Source of the DNA: Octopus bimaculoides
Lineage: Eukaryota
Length of the DNA stretch: 64,000 nt
Assembly: GCF_001194135.2 (NCBI RefSeq)
Contig: NC_068983.1
Span: forward strand, 27,074,915-27,138,914
Direction: 5' to 3'
Part shown: one piece after another, positions 51,801 through 64,000 of the stretch
Layout of the letters: every line of letters starts with the position of its first letter
Position numbering within the stretch: the first letter of the stretch is position 1
The notes under the pieces: generated by a model
The model's database searches: none
The model's input: the letters and a program-made list of their open reading frames with translations, nothing else
Told to the model about the DNA's origin: nothing
Made by a program: the position numbers and the translations under genes

Positions 51801-54011
51801 CTGGCCAGCCCCAAGGAAAAAATAAGCTAAGAGCATTAAATTCCTTGGAAGAAAGCAGCGAATGTATACGAAAAAAAGGACGGTAAAAAACAGAGAGATG
51901 TTACACAAATACAAATATCAGGACATATCAACAGGTGTCTTTCGACTAAGGACGAATTAAATTAATCTGGCGTGTGTGGAAGTAAAGCCTTACGGCAGGG
52001 ACATAGGATTTAACAGGCACGGGGAGGAATATACATGTTGCACGGACAATAGTCGAACCAAGAAAGAAAGGTTTAGACTTGGCTGAACACCATTCACGTG
52101 TGGAGAGAAGAAAGAGTGGTAGAGGCAAAGGGATAGAAGAATTAAGGAAGAGCGAGCAAAAATTAAAGAGACACAGTGAAGTGAAGTGAAAGAGGGAAAG
52201 TGAGCATGAAGAGAAGGCCAAGAATGTTGAGAGAGGTAGAACGAAAGAACGAAGATTAGAATGAACGAAGTGTGAAAGGGCTGATAGAAAGAAGGAAAGA
52301 ATGAAAGAGTATGTGTGTATACATATATATGGTACATACATACATGCATGCATACATACATATATACATACATACATACATACATACATACATACATACA
52401 TACACACACACATATACATATTGACTACTGTTTTGAAAATATCTATTAAGGCAGAAACACGTGTCAGCAACTGTAATCCAGTCACCATTAAATCTGGTAA
52501 TCTTCCAAAATTCATAATTTTTGAAATTAACTCCAACCCTCACTACAAGTTAGTCGCTATTGCGACTAGGGTTTCTCCTACTTTAGCACAAAGTGAGATT
52601 AATTTCAACACCACCACTTATCGTGGATGATATTTATTTTAGTTCTGTTTGCCTTTAATGTTTATATTAATTATAACAGCAAACCATGTGTTATTTCTGT
52701 TTTCGCAACGTTCTGTTCTTATATGATATATATATTATGTAATGTTATGTATTACATGTACGTGTGTGGTGTATTATATAAGCTGATAAGTATACGTATA
52801 TATTTATGTGTGCGTGTATGAAAGAGGGAGCGAGAGGAAGGAGGTTGCGGGATAATGTACATCTAGAAGTCGAAATATGAGGTATCAAACTGTGATACAA
52901 TAATATATTAACAAAATTAAGAATAGTAACAATCAATTAATTAACACATTCTTAAAACTAATTCCGTTAGTGACTTTGCCCCAAACTGTTTTAGTAAAAT
53001 ATTTTATAAATAGTATATGAATAGTCAGTTTTCTGTATGCTTCAAAACAATATTAGAGTACGCGAGAATTCTGAATAACATCCATATTGTAAAATCTGTG
53101 TAGCACACAGACAACAGAAAAACCCGTTGATATTCAACTATTAACATTTTACCGCAAATGGTAAACATAAAGGTCAGAACACATTTCTCCAAGGTGAAGA
53201 TTGTTCCCTATTTCCTTAAGTGCGTATTTGTCACGATAAATAATTCAATCGAGAGATTCTCTTTGAATAATGTATTTGATATTTCTTACTGCTGATATCT
53301 TCAAAATATATACTATATATATTCTCTTGTAAAGACGAGATAATACAATTTACTTCTTATATTAAACACTTGAACTTTATTTAACATTGCAGAAATCTAG
53401 TGACGATGTTCATAACGTGGTCGGTCTGCTGCTCTCAACTGACTGGCTACACAGTTTTGTAACTTCCCGTGTTCAATCTCTGGTGTTAGATATATTACAA
53501 AGAAGCGTGTGTCTCATTTGAGCAAATATATTATCTCAGATATTAGGAAGTGTAAACAGGAGTGAAGCTACAAAAAATGTGAATAAGTCAGAATTCTCCA
53601 AAACTGTGTAAACACACTGATGGCAACTTCATTTCAAACAATTGCATATCAATTGCGTAAGTGTTGATCATGATATTGCACATAATTCCGATACTTGATT
53701 CTCACAAACTCAGCTTTAAGTAATTAGCAGAACATATCTAATAGAATATTTAAATGCATTGTTCCGGCAACATGAACTGGGTTTTTTATTTTATTTTATT
53801 TTATTTGTAATCACTTCACGTTGAGCGGGGTCAGAGTTACATAACAGGAAACTACTGTAGGCTAATGTGGCGCAGTGTGGTATTCTTTCACGATTATTGC
53901 CCTCTAGGACAAACACACAACCAACACCACAATTTCGCTCTCTTTTCTCCTAGGTATGATAGATAAGGTGTGAGTCCGGTTCTGGGATTAATCATTCTCT
54001 CTCTCACTCAC

Positions 54012-54079
54012 CTTTTTTGCTTCTTCCTTTTGTTCATCTCCTTTTCTTTCATTCTGGACGGCATTGTCTGTGTTCATAT
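54012..54079 (-). CDS. Strong candidate internal exon (68 nt) of an unidentified minus-strand gene
   Basis: Branch-point-like CTAAT about 30 nt upstream, pyrimidine tract tccttccctct-atag|, a purine-rich open exon encoding MNTDNAVQNERKGDEQKEEAKK after 2 nt (phase 1 in, phase 0 out), and a consensus donor AAG|GTGAGT. Confidence 0.6.
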
Positions 54080-54856
54080 CTATAGAGGGAAGGACACCAA
54101 TTTTAAAATTAGCTAGGACATACTCCTCCATATATTTAGGAGTTAAAGCAAAACAAGCAACAGTTTATAAAGCATAGATGTTAGAGTATTGTGATATTGT
54201 GTTCTGTTGTTATTGGTTTAACAAGACAAAATACAACATGGCATAGACTGTACAACCCATGAAATAGATTGTACAACATTCTTCAGCCATGCTTCAAAAA
54301 ATCACACGGTTCAATTTCAAGAACGAAATGAACCAATAGATTGAGCTGTCTCCATATACTATGCCTGAATATATAAAAGGGGTGATCACAGTTGAAGACA
54401 TTTCCATTCATTATAGGCCTGTTAGACAGGCCTATACTAAAATTATGTTTCAAAGAAACCAATGTTAGAGAATAATGTTGCGTATTTTTTTTATTTGTTA
54501 TAAAATGTATTCATGGCATAACTGAAACGAAATGTCCATACATTTGAATAAAAAAGATGTAATTATTATAAGTGCATGCAAACGAGTCGCAGTTTAATTA
54601 ACGCCGACCAGCTTTATTGAGAGTTTATCGGATAAAAATAGCAAATAGAATATGTATAATTATTGAAAACATGCCAGAAGACTAATGGACAAACACTGAC
54701 TTACGAGTAATAAGGACAACCAATTAGTAGTTAAAATCCTGCAAACAATCATCATCTTTATTCTGGCTCACGCAAACACGTACATGATTATATACAAATA
54801 TACATAGAGAGGCACACACGTTCATATCTGCATTTCTATTTATCAATCTATCTATC

Positions 54857-54910
54857 TTGCTGTCTACACCACCTGTCTTCGTCTTTTGTTTTTTTTCTGT
54901 GAATACTCCC
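54857..54910 (+). mobile_element. Short fragment of the same Penelope-like terminal repeat as 21160-21395
   Basis: tgtctacaccacctgtcttcgtcttttg is nearly identical to 21333-21360. It runs into (TA)n. Confidence 0.55.
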
Positions 54911-55657
54911 TATATATATATATATATATATNNNNNNNNNNNNNNNNNNNNNNNNNNNNNNNNNNNNNNNNNNNNNNNNNNNNNNNNNNNNNNNNNNNNN
55001 NNNNNNNNNNNNNNNNNNNNNNNNNNNNNNNNNNNNNNNNNNNNNNNNNNNNNNNNNNNNNNNNNNNNNNNNNNNNNNNNNNNNNNNNNNNNNNNNNNNN
55101 NNNNNNNNNNNNNNNNNNNNNNNNNNNNNNNNNNNNNNNNNNNNNNNNNNNNNNNNNNNNNNNNNNNNNNNNNNNNNNNNNNNNNNNNNNNNNNNNNNNN
55201 NNNNNNNNNNNNNNNNNNNNNNNNNNNNNNNNNNNNNNNNNNNNNNNNNNNNNNNNNNNNNNNNNNNNNNNNNNNNNNNNNNNNNNNNNNNNNNNNNNNN
55301 NNNNNNNNNNNNNNNNNNNNNNNNNNNNNNNNNNNNNNNNNNNNNNNNNNNNNNNNNNNNNNNNNNNNNNNNNNNNNNNNNNNNNNNNNNNNNNNNNNNN
55401 NNNNNNNNNNNNNNNNNNNNNNNNNNNNNNNNNNNNNNNNNNNNNNNNNNNNNNNNNNNNNNNNNNNNNNNNNNNNNNNNNNNNNNNNNNNNNNNNNNNN
55501 NNNNNNNNNNNNNNNNNNNNNNNNNNNNNNNNNNNNNNNNNNNNNNNNNNNNNNNNNNNNNNNNNNNNNNNNNNNNNNNNNNNNNNNNNNNNNNNNNNNN
55601 NNNNNNNNNNNNNNNNNNNNNATGTATATATATACATATCCGTATATATATACATAC

Positions 55658-55711
<54 letters not shown>

Positions 55712-57016
55712 GTGTGCGTGTGTGTGTGTGTGTTTGAGTGTAAGTATGTGCGTGTATGCATGTTTGTAGGTGTGTATGTATGTAAGTATTAGATAATATT
55801 TCCCTGATTTGAATATTGGTTTCGCAGATCAATATTCATTAAAAGGTCCTGCAATTTTAATAAAACTTTATCCAAGCTATTTGCCTCCTCTCCTAAACTG
55901 ACAAACATTTCGATGAAACAACAGCATCGAAGAAAATTAAAATTAACGTTTAAACAATTATACAAACAATTATATTCATCGTTTGTAGGCAAAGGATATC
56001 TATGGAGATATTTCACTCTATTAGAGCTCCTCAGAAAGATATATTTTAAACAAACCTGCTTATTATTTGATAGGATTTTCCTAGTGGAATGAAGGTGAAT
56101 GAATAATTATCGTCCACTATAATAGGACAGCATCATCAGTTTAACTTCATTGTTTCTATATGAGGCAAGATATATTTTGCTACGGCAGAATTTGTATGGT
56201 CGGATGCCTATAATACTCACCGTTTCTTAATGAAAGTAATATTTCATATAACCTTCGAAAACGATTAGGTCAGTATCCGGACATGATTTTACGAATGATT
56301 TTAAGCATTTGACACCGGTTTTGATGATGATGATATTGAGGATGACAAAGAGGAGGAGCAGGAGTAGAGGAGAAGAAGCAAGAAGAGTAAGGTATCATGA
56401 GTATGAGACGAATAATAAATAGAAAGTAAAGGTCGAAGAGAAAGGCAAAGTTAGCAACGATATTAATGACCAACTCGACGACTGCGATGATTACGATGGT
56501 GATATTTATGATATCATTAAAGATGATTAGCAATAAAACATATCACTGTCGTATCACAAGAATTAGTTTTCACTTGGAAACAAACAAGAAGGGGTATCAC
56601 TATTGTAAATAAAACTAAATTTATAGTTATGATTTACGTCGTGCAATTAGGGCTAATTGAATAAAAGTCTTGAATTAAAATTACGATAGCAAATACATAA
56701 TAATATAACCTCGCCGCCACAAAAGTAGAGAATAATTTTTCCTTTGGAAATTGTCTAAATACATTAATATAAGTGCATTAAAGGAAGCTTTGAACGGGAA
56801 ATGTTCTTTGTATATATTTCATATACTTATTATTCGTTGGAAAAAATCAAAAACAGAAACTACACCAAATTACACCGATAACTTTCTTTATTGTAATATA
56901 TATGAGAACCACTTTATTTCAAGATTGCATTCAAATAAATTCGATGGCCGCACTGAGTATTGTTATACAAGGCTTGATTTTAAAGTTTCATACGTATATA
57001 GTAGATAGATAACGGG

Positions 57017-57065
<49 letters not shown>

Positions 57066-57876
57066 NNNNNNNNNNNNNNNNNNNNNNNNNNNNNNNNNNN
57101 NNNNNNNNNNNNNNNNNNNNNNNNNNNNNNNNNNNNNNNNNNNNNNNNNNNNNNNNNNNNNNNNNNNNNNNNNNNNNNNNNNNNNNNNNNNNNNNNNNNN
57201 NNNNNNNNNNNNNNNNNNNNNNNNNNNNNNNNNNNNNNNNNNNNNNNNNNNNNNNNNNNNNNNNNNNNNNNNNNNNNNNNNNNNNNNNNNNNNNNNNNNN
57301 NNNNNNNNNNNNNNNNNNNNNNNNNNNNNNNNNNNNNNNNNNNNNNNNNNNNNNNNNNNNNNNNNNNNNNNNNNNNNNNNNNNNNNNNNNNNNNNNNNNN
57401 NNNNNNNNNNNNNNNNNNNNNNNNNNNNNNNNNNNNNNNNNNNNNNNNNNNNNNNNNNNNNNNNNNNNNNNNNTATATATATGTATATATATATGTATGT
57501 ATGTATATATATGTATATATGTGTTTGTATGTATATATGTATGTAATTGTACTTTTAGTTAACTGTTGAAATTAATTATCTCATTCGGAAGTTTTATTTC
57601 TAGAAAAAATTTGTTTTCGATATTCGATTCTGTTCATTATTGAAACTTTTCTTTTAAATATTTCGTAACGTACAACATATTAATGTTTTATTTTTCTTAT
57701 AATTCAATAGATTGATATATCAGTTGTACTGCTTTCAGTTACTAAATCAACATTTATTATGAGTTCTTAGGTATAAAAAATAATATGTCATTCGTTCTTA
57801 ATTTCCAGTAATAAATATGTGTGCGTATTTATATATGTAGAAATGTATATGTGTGTCTGTATGTGTGCGTGTATGC

Positions 57877-57921
<45 letters not shown>

Positions 57922-58300
57922 TTTGCGTGTGCGTGTGTGTGTGTGTTTGCGAGTGTATGTGTGTGTGTGCGTGTTCATATGTATGTACGTAATAACTTCT
58001 ACAATGATTTACGAGAAAATATTTGACTACGACTTCTGTGTTTCGTGCTACTCTTCTTCATCGTTCTATGCTTTATTTGGATTCTTTTTGGCTCATACAT
58101 TGTATGGCAAGCTGCAATTCTGAGTAGGTTGAGCTATGTGAATTCTAATTAGGTGACGTAGACATTGGAAGATGTGTTGAAAGGAGGAATGAAGGTTGAT
58201 GGATTCCTACAACACATGTTTTTTAAAATCAGATATACTTGCATCGTAATAGATATGCCATGTTTTAATACAGTTAAATATGTCAATAACCACGCCAAAT

Positions 58301-58680
58301 GTTGTTGTTGGCACTCCGTCGATTACGACGTCGAGGGTTCAAGTTGATCCGATCAACGGAACAGCTTGCTCGTGAAATTAACGTGCAAGTGGCTGAGTAC
58401 TCCACAGTCACGTGTACCCGTGACGTAGTTCTCGGGGATATTCATCGTGACACAGTGTGACAAGTCTGGCCCTTTGAATTACAGGTACAACAGAAACAGG
58501 AAGAAAGAGTGAGAGAAAGTTGTGGTGAAAGAGTACAGCAGGGTTCGCTACCACCCTCTGCCAGAGCCGCGTGTAGCTTTAGGCGTTTTCGCTCAATAAA
58601 CACGACAACGCCCGGTCTGGGAATCGAAACCGCGATCTTATGACCGCGAGTCGGCTGCCCCAACCACTGGGCCATTGTGC
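58301..58680 (-). mobile_element. Near full-length tRNA-derived SINE of a different family, with a (CAA)n tail
   Basis: Minus head gcacaatggcccagtggttggggcagccgactcgcggtcataagatcgcggtttcgattcccagacc (A and B boxes), and 3' end gacggagtgccaacaacaac. Confidence 0.88.
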
Positions 58681-60789
58681 CTACACTCACGCCAAATATA
58701 TGCACAAACGATTCTGCATATTTTGGTGTAAAGAAATGCATATATACTCGGAGACCGAAGGCTATTTATCCATAAAGGTATGTGTAATGCACAGCCTGGT
58801 CAAAGTGATTAGTCCATAATATTCGAGTTAGCGCCAAGCTTTTCTGGTTATTTGTAAATTAACACGTACTCAACTAATATCATTTTAGTAATACTTCAGC
58901 TTCATGTTAAAGCACTTTTCATTATAACTTGACTTAAAAACGAGCAGTATTATATGTGTTTCTCTCGTTTGTCTCTCATTCTCTCCCTATCACTTTCTTT
59001 CTACTTTCTCTCTCTTTCTTTCTCGTTAAAGTTTGTTTCAATCCGACACACTGATTAAGCCGAAGTATATCCTTTGGTCTATGCAACCGACAGTACAAAT
59101 ACTCTCACGTCACTTACGAAACGTACCTATCCATTGCAGTGTTAACCTCTGGATTTTGATGCAACTTGTACTCTGCTGAGGAGACACCAACACAGTGAAA
59201 ATAAATGTCTCTAAGGACACATCGAGAAGTAAATAGATTTCCAACAGTGTCAAAGGGATGTATTCAAATTTCTTTTTTCAACTTTGCTACTCACTGTCTT
59301 TACCACGAATATTTTTGACATTTCCACTGTTAAGTGCAAGCTTCTTAATCTGAATATTTTAAATGTAAATTCTAGAAATTTTCAAACTTTTTCAGTGAAG
59401 TTATGTATTAACTTCATAGAAGTATAAAATCCTAATGTCTTCCAAAATAGTATTCTCAATGTTATAGCGCTCCAACCAGTTCATATCAGTACTTCATATT
59501 AGTACACTGAAAATCTTGCAAAGCAAAGTGCCGAGGACCCTTGTCACGGCCTCCTTCATCATCAAAACACCTGGTCCAGAACGTCTCCTTCAACATAAGG
59601 AACAATCAAATGTCACAGTGAACTAGATCCTGTTTGTAGGTAGGGTGGGGGGCAGTTTTGATGCCAATCTCTATAAAATAGTTGGTTATCAGCGGTTGTA
59701 ACTGAGCAATATGGGAATCAACACAGTACATATTCAGAATTTTGGAGGTAATCAGATATATAGTAAAAGTTACTTGTGCATGTGCTCCGTCGTGGGAGCG
59801 AATATGATTTTCCTTTTAAATTTTGAACCATACGTCTATGTGGATGCATGTTTATGTGTACATATACATTTACACACGAAGCCAAGAAATTATAAAATGT
59901 AATGTTTCGATATATATTTTATCGTGAGGCAGGAAGCGCTACTACTAACTTTCGACATGGCCTGAATATTGTTAATATGTATGTAAAAGATATACAGATA
60001 AACTGACGGAAATTCTGTGAAAAATTATACTTTTATTATAGTTGCAGACATGCGAATCTCGCATTGCAACAACGAAACATCGTGTTCAGTTGCACTGCGC
60101 GGCACTCTGCACAAGTGTAGTCTACTACAAATCCGAGTTGCTCCGAATCCTGCAAACGAATTCGGTAGAGGAAAATTGTTTGGAAACCCATCGTAACAAA
60201 GCGCGTTTTGGCGTAATATATTATTACATAATACAGTATGCATATTAAATTTTCAGAGAATTATAAAATTTCTCTAAAATATACTGTAAAATGTTGATAA
60301 CGTCTACGAAATAGAGGATAATTACGTAGATTAACAGAATAATCTATAATTAGGTAGATTAAGAGAATAAAAATTTCATTCCATCGTTTAATATACAGAA
60401 AAGCTATAGCGTTTTGCATGAACTATGAAAATGTATATACTTTTCAACTATATAATTAAACTATATAATCTTTTGAAGTGTGTATCTATAGATTCATGAA
60501 TTAAAAGAATGATCTCAGAATTTACTAGCTGAACATGTTATTTTACAAAACTGTGTTTCAAAGATGCCTTGTAAAGATGTATTGGAAAAGTACATAAAAG
60601 ATAAGAATTGTTGCAATCAAAATTATCCTTATCATAGATGTCGCCCAGTACTTCACCATCATTATTATAATTGAGAGAGCAGTGCATGCCATCAAAGTGA
60701 TACTGGGGTAAAATATACAAAGCCATCATGACTACCCGTCTAATAAGGGTACAACGGGCACATGCATCACAACGATATGTGCGCGACAT

Positions 60790-61170
60790 GGTGATCGCAT
60801 GACCTTGCAGGTGGAGGTCCAGTTAGAATTTTCTTCAGGATGAGTAGCCCTTCCCCTTCAAAATGTCTCTGAATAAGGGTTGTTTAAGGATGTTGAACGA
60901 AACGCCAAAGGTTAATTGTCAAAATTCCAAAGAAAGAATTCCTCTCAGTACATGGCTATGACGTTCCTCCACTACATCTGATCATGATCAAAGACGCATA
61001 TATCGTTGGCCACTAAGAGACATTTCTGATCTGGTTAAGATCAAACATGTGACCAGCAAATTTGTGGTACTGAGCAGAATATTTGCTGTAGCCCAATGTT
61101 TAACCCCCTCCCCCCCAAAAAAAAACTGTACATGATAACACTTCCAATCAGTTAAGATCAGAAACCATGA
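60790..61170. repeat. Probable interspersed repeat of unassigned class
   Basis: A block of balanced composition with no ORF, fused through a gagc overlap to the SINE at 61171. Recognised by eye as repeat-like only. Confidence 0.3.
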
Positions 61171-61790
61171 GAGCTGGCAGAATCGTTTGCACGCCGGACG
61201 AAATCCTTAGCGGTATTTCATCTGCCACTGCGTTCTGAGTTCAAATTCCGCCGAGGTCGATTTTGCCTTTCATCCTTTCGGGGTCGATAAATTAAGTACC
61301 AGTTACGCACTGGGGTCGATGTAATCGACTTAATCCGTTTGTCTATCCTTGTTTGTCCCGTCTGTGTGTAGCCCCTTGTGGGCAGTAAAGAAATAGGTAT
61401 TTCATCCGTCTTCACGTTCTGATTTCAAATTCTGCCGAAGTTGACTGCGCCTTTCATTTTTTGGTGTCGATAAATTATTAAAATGTCATCGACTCATTCC
61501 TTCCCCAAAAATGGCTGCCCTAGTGGCAAAATTTGAAACCATTATTATTATTAGTAGTAGTAGTATTATTATTATTAAGACGACGAGCTGGCGCAATCGT
61601 CAGCACACTGGACGAACTGCTTAGCGGTATTTCGCCCGTCACTACGTTCTGAGTTTAAATTCTGCCGAGGTCGACTTTGCTTTTCATCCTTTCGGGGTCG
61701 ATAAATTGAGTACCAGTGAAACACTGGTGTCGATTAAATCGATTTATCCCCTCCCCCAAAATTTTGCCCCTGTAGCAAAATTTGAAACAG
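61171..61790 (+). mobile_element. Head-to-tail array of three SINE copies (tails A, B, B)
   Basis: 61171-61395 (tail ...gccccttgtgggcagtaaagaaata), 5'-truncated 61396-61540 (...aaaatttgaaacc plus (ATT)n), and 61578-61790 (...aaaatttgaaacag plus (ATT)n). Confidence 0.88.
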
Positions 61791-61801
61791 TTATTATTAT
61801 A

Positions 61802-61849
<48 letters not shown>

Positions 61850-63279
61850 TGTAGTAGTAGTAGTAGTAGTAGTAGTAATAGTACGATTCTTATCGTAATA
61901 ATCATGATTATCCTCGTCTTCGCCGTCATCACCATTATGATCATCATAATTTTTATTATTATTATTATTATTATTGTTGTTGTTGTTACTGAAAAGAAAC
62001 TAATTTCTTTTAATTAAATGAAATCTAATTTTGCGCAGTGCTACAGAAAATATATACGTATTCTTTATATACGCAACCTCTATAACGTATTTTTCTGGTA
62101 TGTCACCGACACTTTTCTTTTAATTTTATAGATATTACTAAAGGTAAATATTACATACCATGAACTTAGCTCGTTATTTCATATTTCAATATATTAATAA
62201 CTTAATGTTTTAGTTACATTTCACTTTCAGGAAATTTCTTTGGAAATATACGTACTGTATCTGTTTTGTGTATTATAACTCTAAAAATATATAAACATCC
62301 AACGCCTCCTATAGCTCCAAATTGATATTTCCCCTTCTTTCTTAGCTCTTAAGAACCTCGAGAGGTGAAGGTTAAAACCCAGAGTGTTACAACCTCCTGA
62401 ATCGGCTTTCCTATATCTGGCAACGTCCGAGTATACGTTATAACGTACTCGTAGCGAAAAAAGAAAACAACAGCTCAGAAGAATGCATTTAGTTATATTA
62501 CATTCTTTATCAAAATCATTTTGAACCAAACTTTACTTGTTTATGTTGTTTCAATTTCTGTTTGTTTCCTTCATATTTTATGCAAATCACGTTTCGAGAA
62601 TATTATCATTGAGTTTCTGATATCGCTATATTTGCTGACCTTGCACTTTGTTGCTATTGATTTGTTGGTATTTCTAAAATGACAATTCCATTCTCCATTG
62701 TGTCAGAGAAATCCTCATTTATATGCTGGTATTCCATGACCTAATGGCGCCACCTTTTCGTTAACTCATCTTCCGATATATTCACGGTGAAGTTAGAAAT
62801 TATTGCAATACTTTCTCCTTTAGAGACCAGTACCTATTGACCGAAGAAAATGTGAGAATACAGCACTCAAGCAAAAGCGATTTATATATTTTCTTCCCTG
62901 CTTATTTAGTTATATCATGATGACTTTCAAAAATAATGTAATGAAATATTACTACTCTGAGCATTGCGTCTTATCTTCTTTCTTCACAAAATATGTATAC
63001 TCATGGTACTCGAACAATAAGTGAACGTTAATATTATTGGAATTCCATTGTGGTTTATTCGATTCTTACTTTTTACTATTTCAGATATCTCACTCATATA
63101 TAGAGGCACAGGTTTAATGTATAAATAGATCCAAATATATTTTTTAATCTCAACAAATTTCTTTGGAAATATAGGTTTAAATTATAGCTATTGTGTTTAT
63201 TTTAAATACATCACAAAATTTCTAAGAGAGAGATAGAAGTAGATAAATTGGTAGATCGTTCGATCGATCGATAGATATG

Positions 63280-64000
63280 TTTCTTTATTAGCCACACAGG
63301 GCTCAACATAGAGGGGACAAAATACAAATGTAGAGTTTTTTCTTTTCGAGGGGGGCGAAAACAAAGCAGAAAAAAAAACAAAAGTGGGGACAACGATGAA
63401 AAAAAATACATCGCAAAACGTTTGGGGTATTTACACAAAATACGAAATAATACAAAAAAATTCCCAATAAATGGGGAGGTTATCCGTTGAAAGAAAAACC
63501 TACGAAAAGACCACGGTAACCTCGGTCCTTAGTGTCACAGTTTGTTAAATAAAATTCCTTTTATTTATGCAAGAAACGTAAGTAAATCTCTGTTTACGAA
63601 ATTTTAAAACCTTTTATAGAATCATGGTCAAGGAGGCTTCGTCAATTATACGTGCCATTCTTGCTACATGTATCCATCTTTTTTCGAAACATTTGCTAGA
63701 CAACACTTGCCTCTCTACTCTCACCTTCCTTTTCAAGTGATATTTGAAAAAGTTGATGAGAGATTGACCAGAGAGGAAAGTATTTGTCTCTAATCCTTTC
63801 AGACGCGTCCACCAGATGCATTCTTTCACCATAGCCACAAGTACGATAAATACAGCTCTTCCTTCCCGTTTAATGGAAGGAGGCGTGACGATATTGACGA
63901 TAGACTCGCTTGATAAACCGACTCGTCCCACACGTGACAGCAGTCGTTCGACATAAACCCACAGCTCCAAAATGGTTGGACACTGCACGAGTGCGTGCAG
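63280..64000 (-). mobile_element. 3' end of a Tx1/L1-clade LINE (ORF2 C-terminus plus 3' UTR)
   Basis: ORF 63614-63988 QCPTILELWVYVERLL...AMVKECIWWTRLK...INFFKYHLKRKVRVER (post-zinc-knuckle C..LW and IW..R pattern of L1/Tx1 ORF2). A T-rich UTR follows and ends ...gccctgtgtggctaataaagaaa. Confidence 0.75.

Noticed and set aside
52552-52569. Perfect hairpin TAGTCGC-TATT-GCGACTA as a Helitron 3' end
   Set aside because: No CTRR terminus at the expected distance and no matching 5' end. A 7-bp stem is expected by chance.
53941-53959. Plus-strand tcttttctcctag|gtatga as a recursive splice site
   Set aside because: It is a single motif with no evidence of a plus-strand transcript, and the better-supported exon nearby is on the minus strand.
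58615-58680. tRNA-like head as a functional tRNA gene (likewise the other SINE heads)
   Set aside because: It is continuous with a SINE body and tail, with no complete cloverleaf or terminator.
59100-59600. Possible minus-strand RTE reverse transcriptase remnant (QGSSALC)
   Set aside because: Only one weak motif, too degraded to support as a feature.

Overview
AT-rich, microsatellite-dense, gapped eukaryotic genomic DNA. The tRNA-derived SINE families and LINE types point to a cephalopod, most likely Octopus (inference from repeat content, not from a search). No intact protein-coding gene, rRNA, CRISPR array or confidently functional tRNA is visible, and most ORFs in the supplied track are artefacts of microsatellites, N-gaps or transposon relics. 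The window is mainly a transposon graveyard. It holds five R4/Dong-type RLE LINE fragments, RTE and Tx1/L1 fragments, a very decayed Gypsy pol, pogo/Tigger, mariner, three maT-like and one hAT relic, several TIR elements, a Penelope-like end and more than 10 SINE copies. There is one strong minus-strand exon candidate (54012-54079) and two weaker, phase-compatible ones (a 14-nt micro-exon inside a hairpin at 35878-35891 and a terminal exon ending ...ESKL* at 24072-24285), so the window may be intronic to a large minus-strand gene. Best leads: (1) a SINE tail matching the 3' end of a Tx1/L1-clade LINE in the same window; (2) the hairpin-sequestered micro-exon and exon chain; (3) a foldback element whose arms are made of a tRNA-like sequence; (4) a young TIR element with a perfect 8-bp TSD and internal TTAGGG-like repeats; (5) a mariner rearranged into long inverted arms. 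All family names come from motif recognition by eye. I found no clear evidence of a wholly new biological system.
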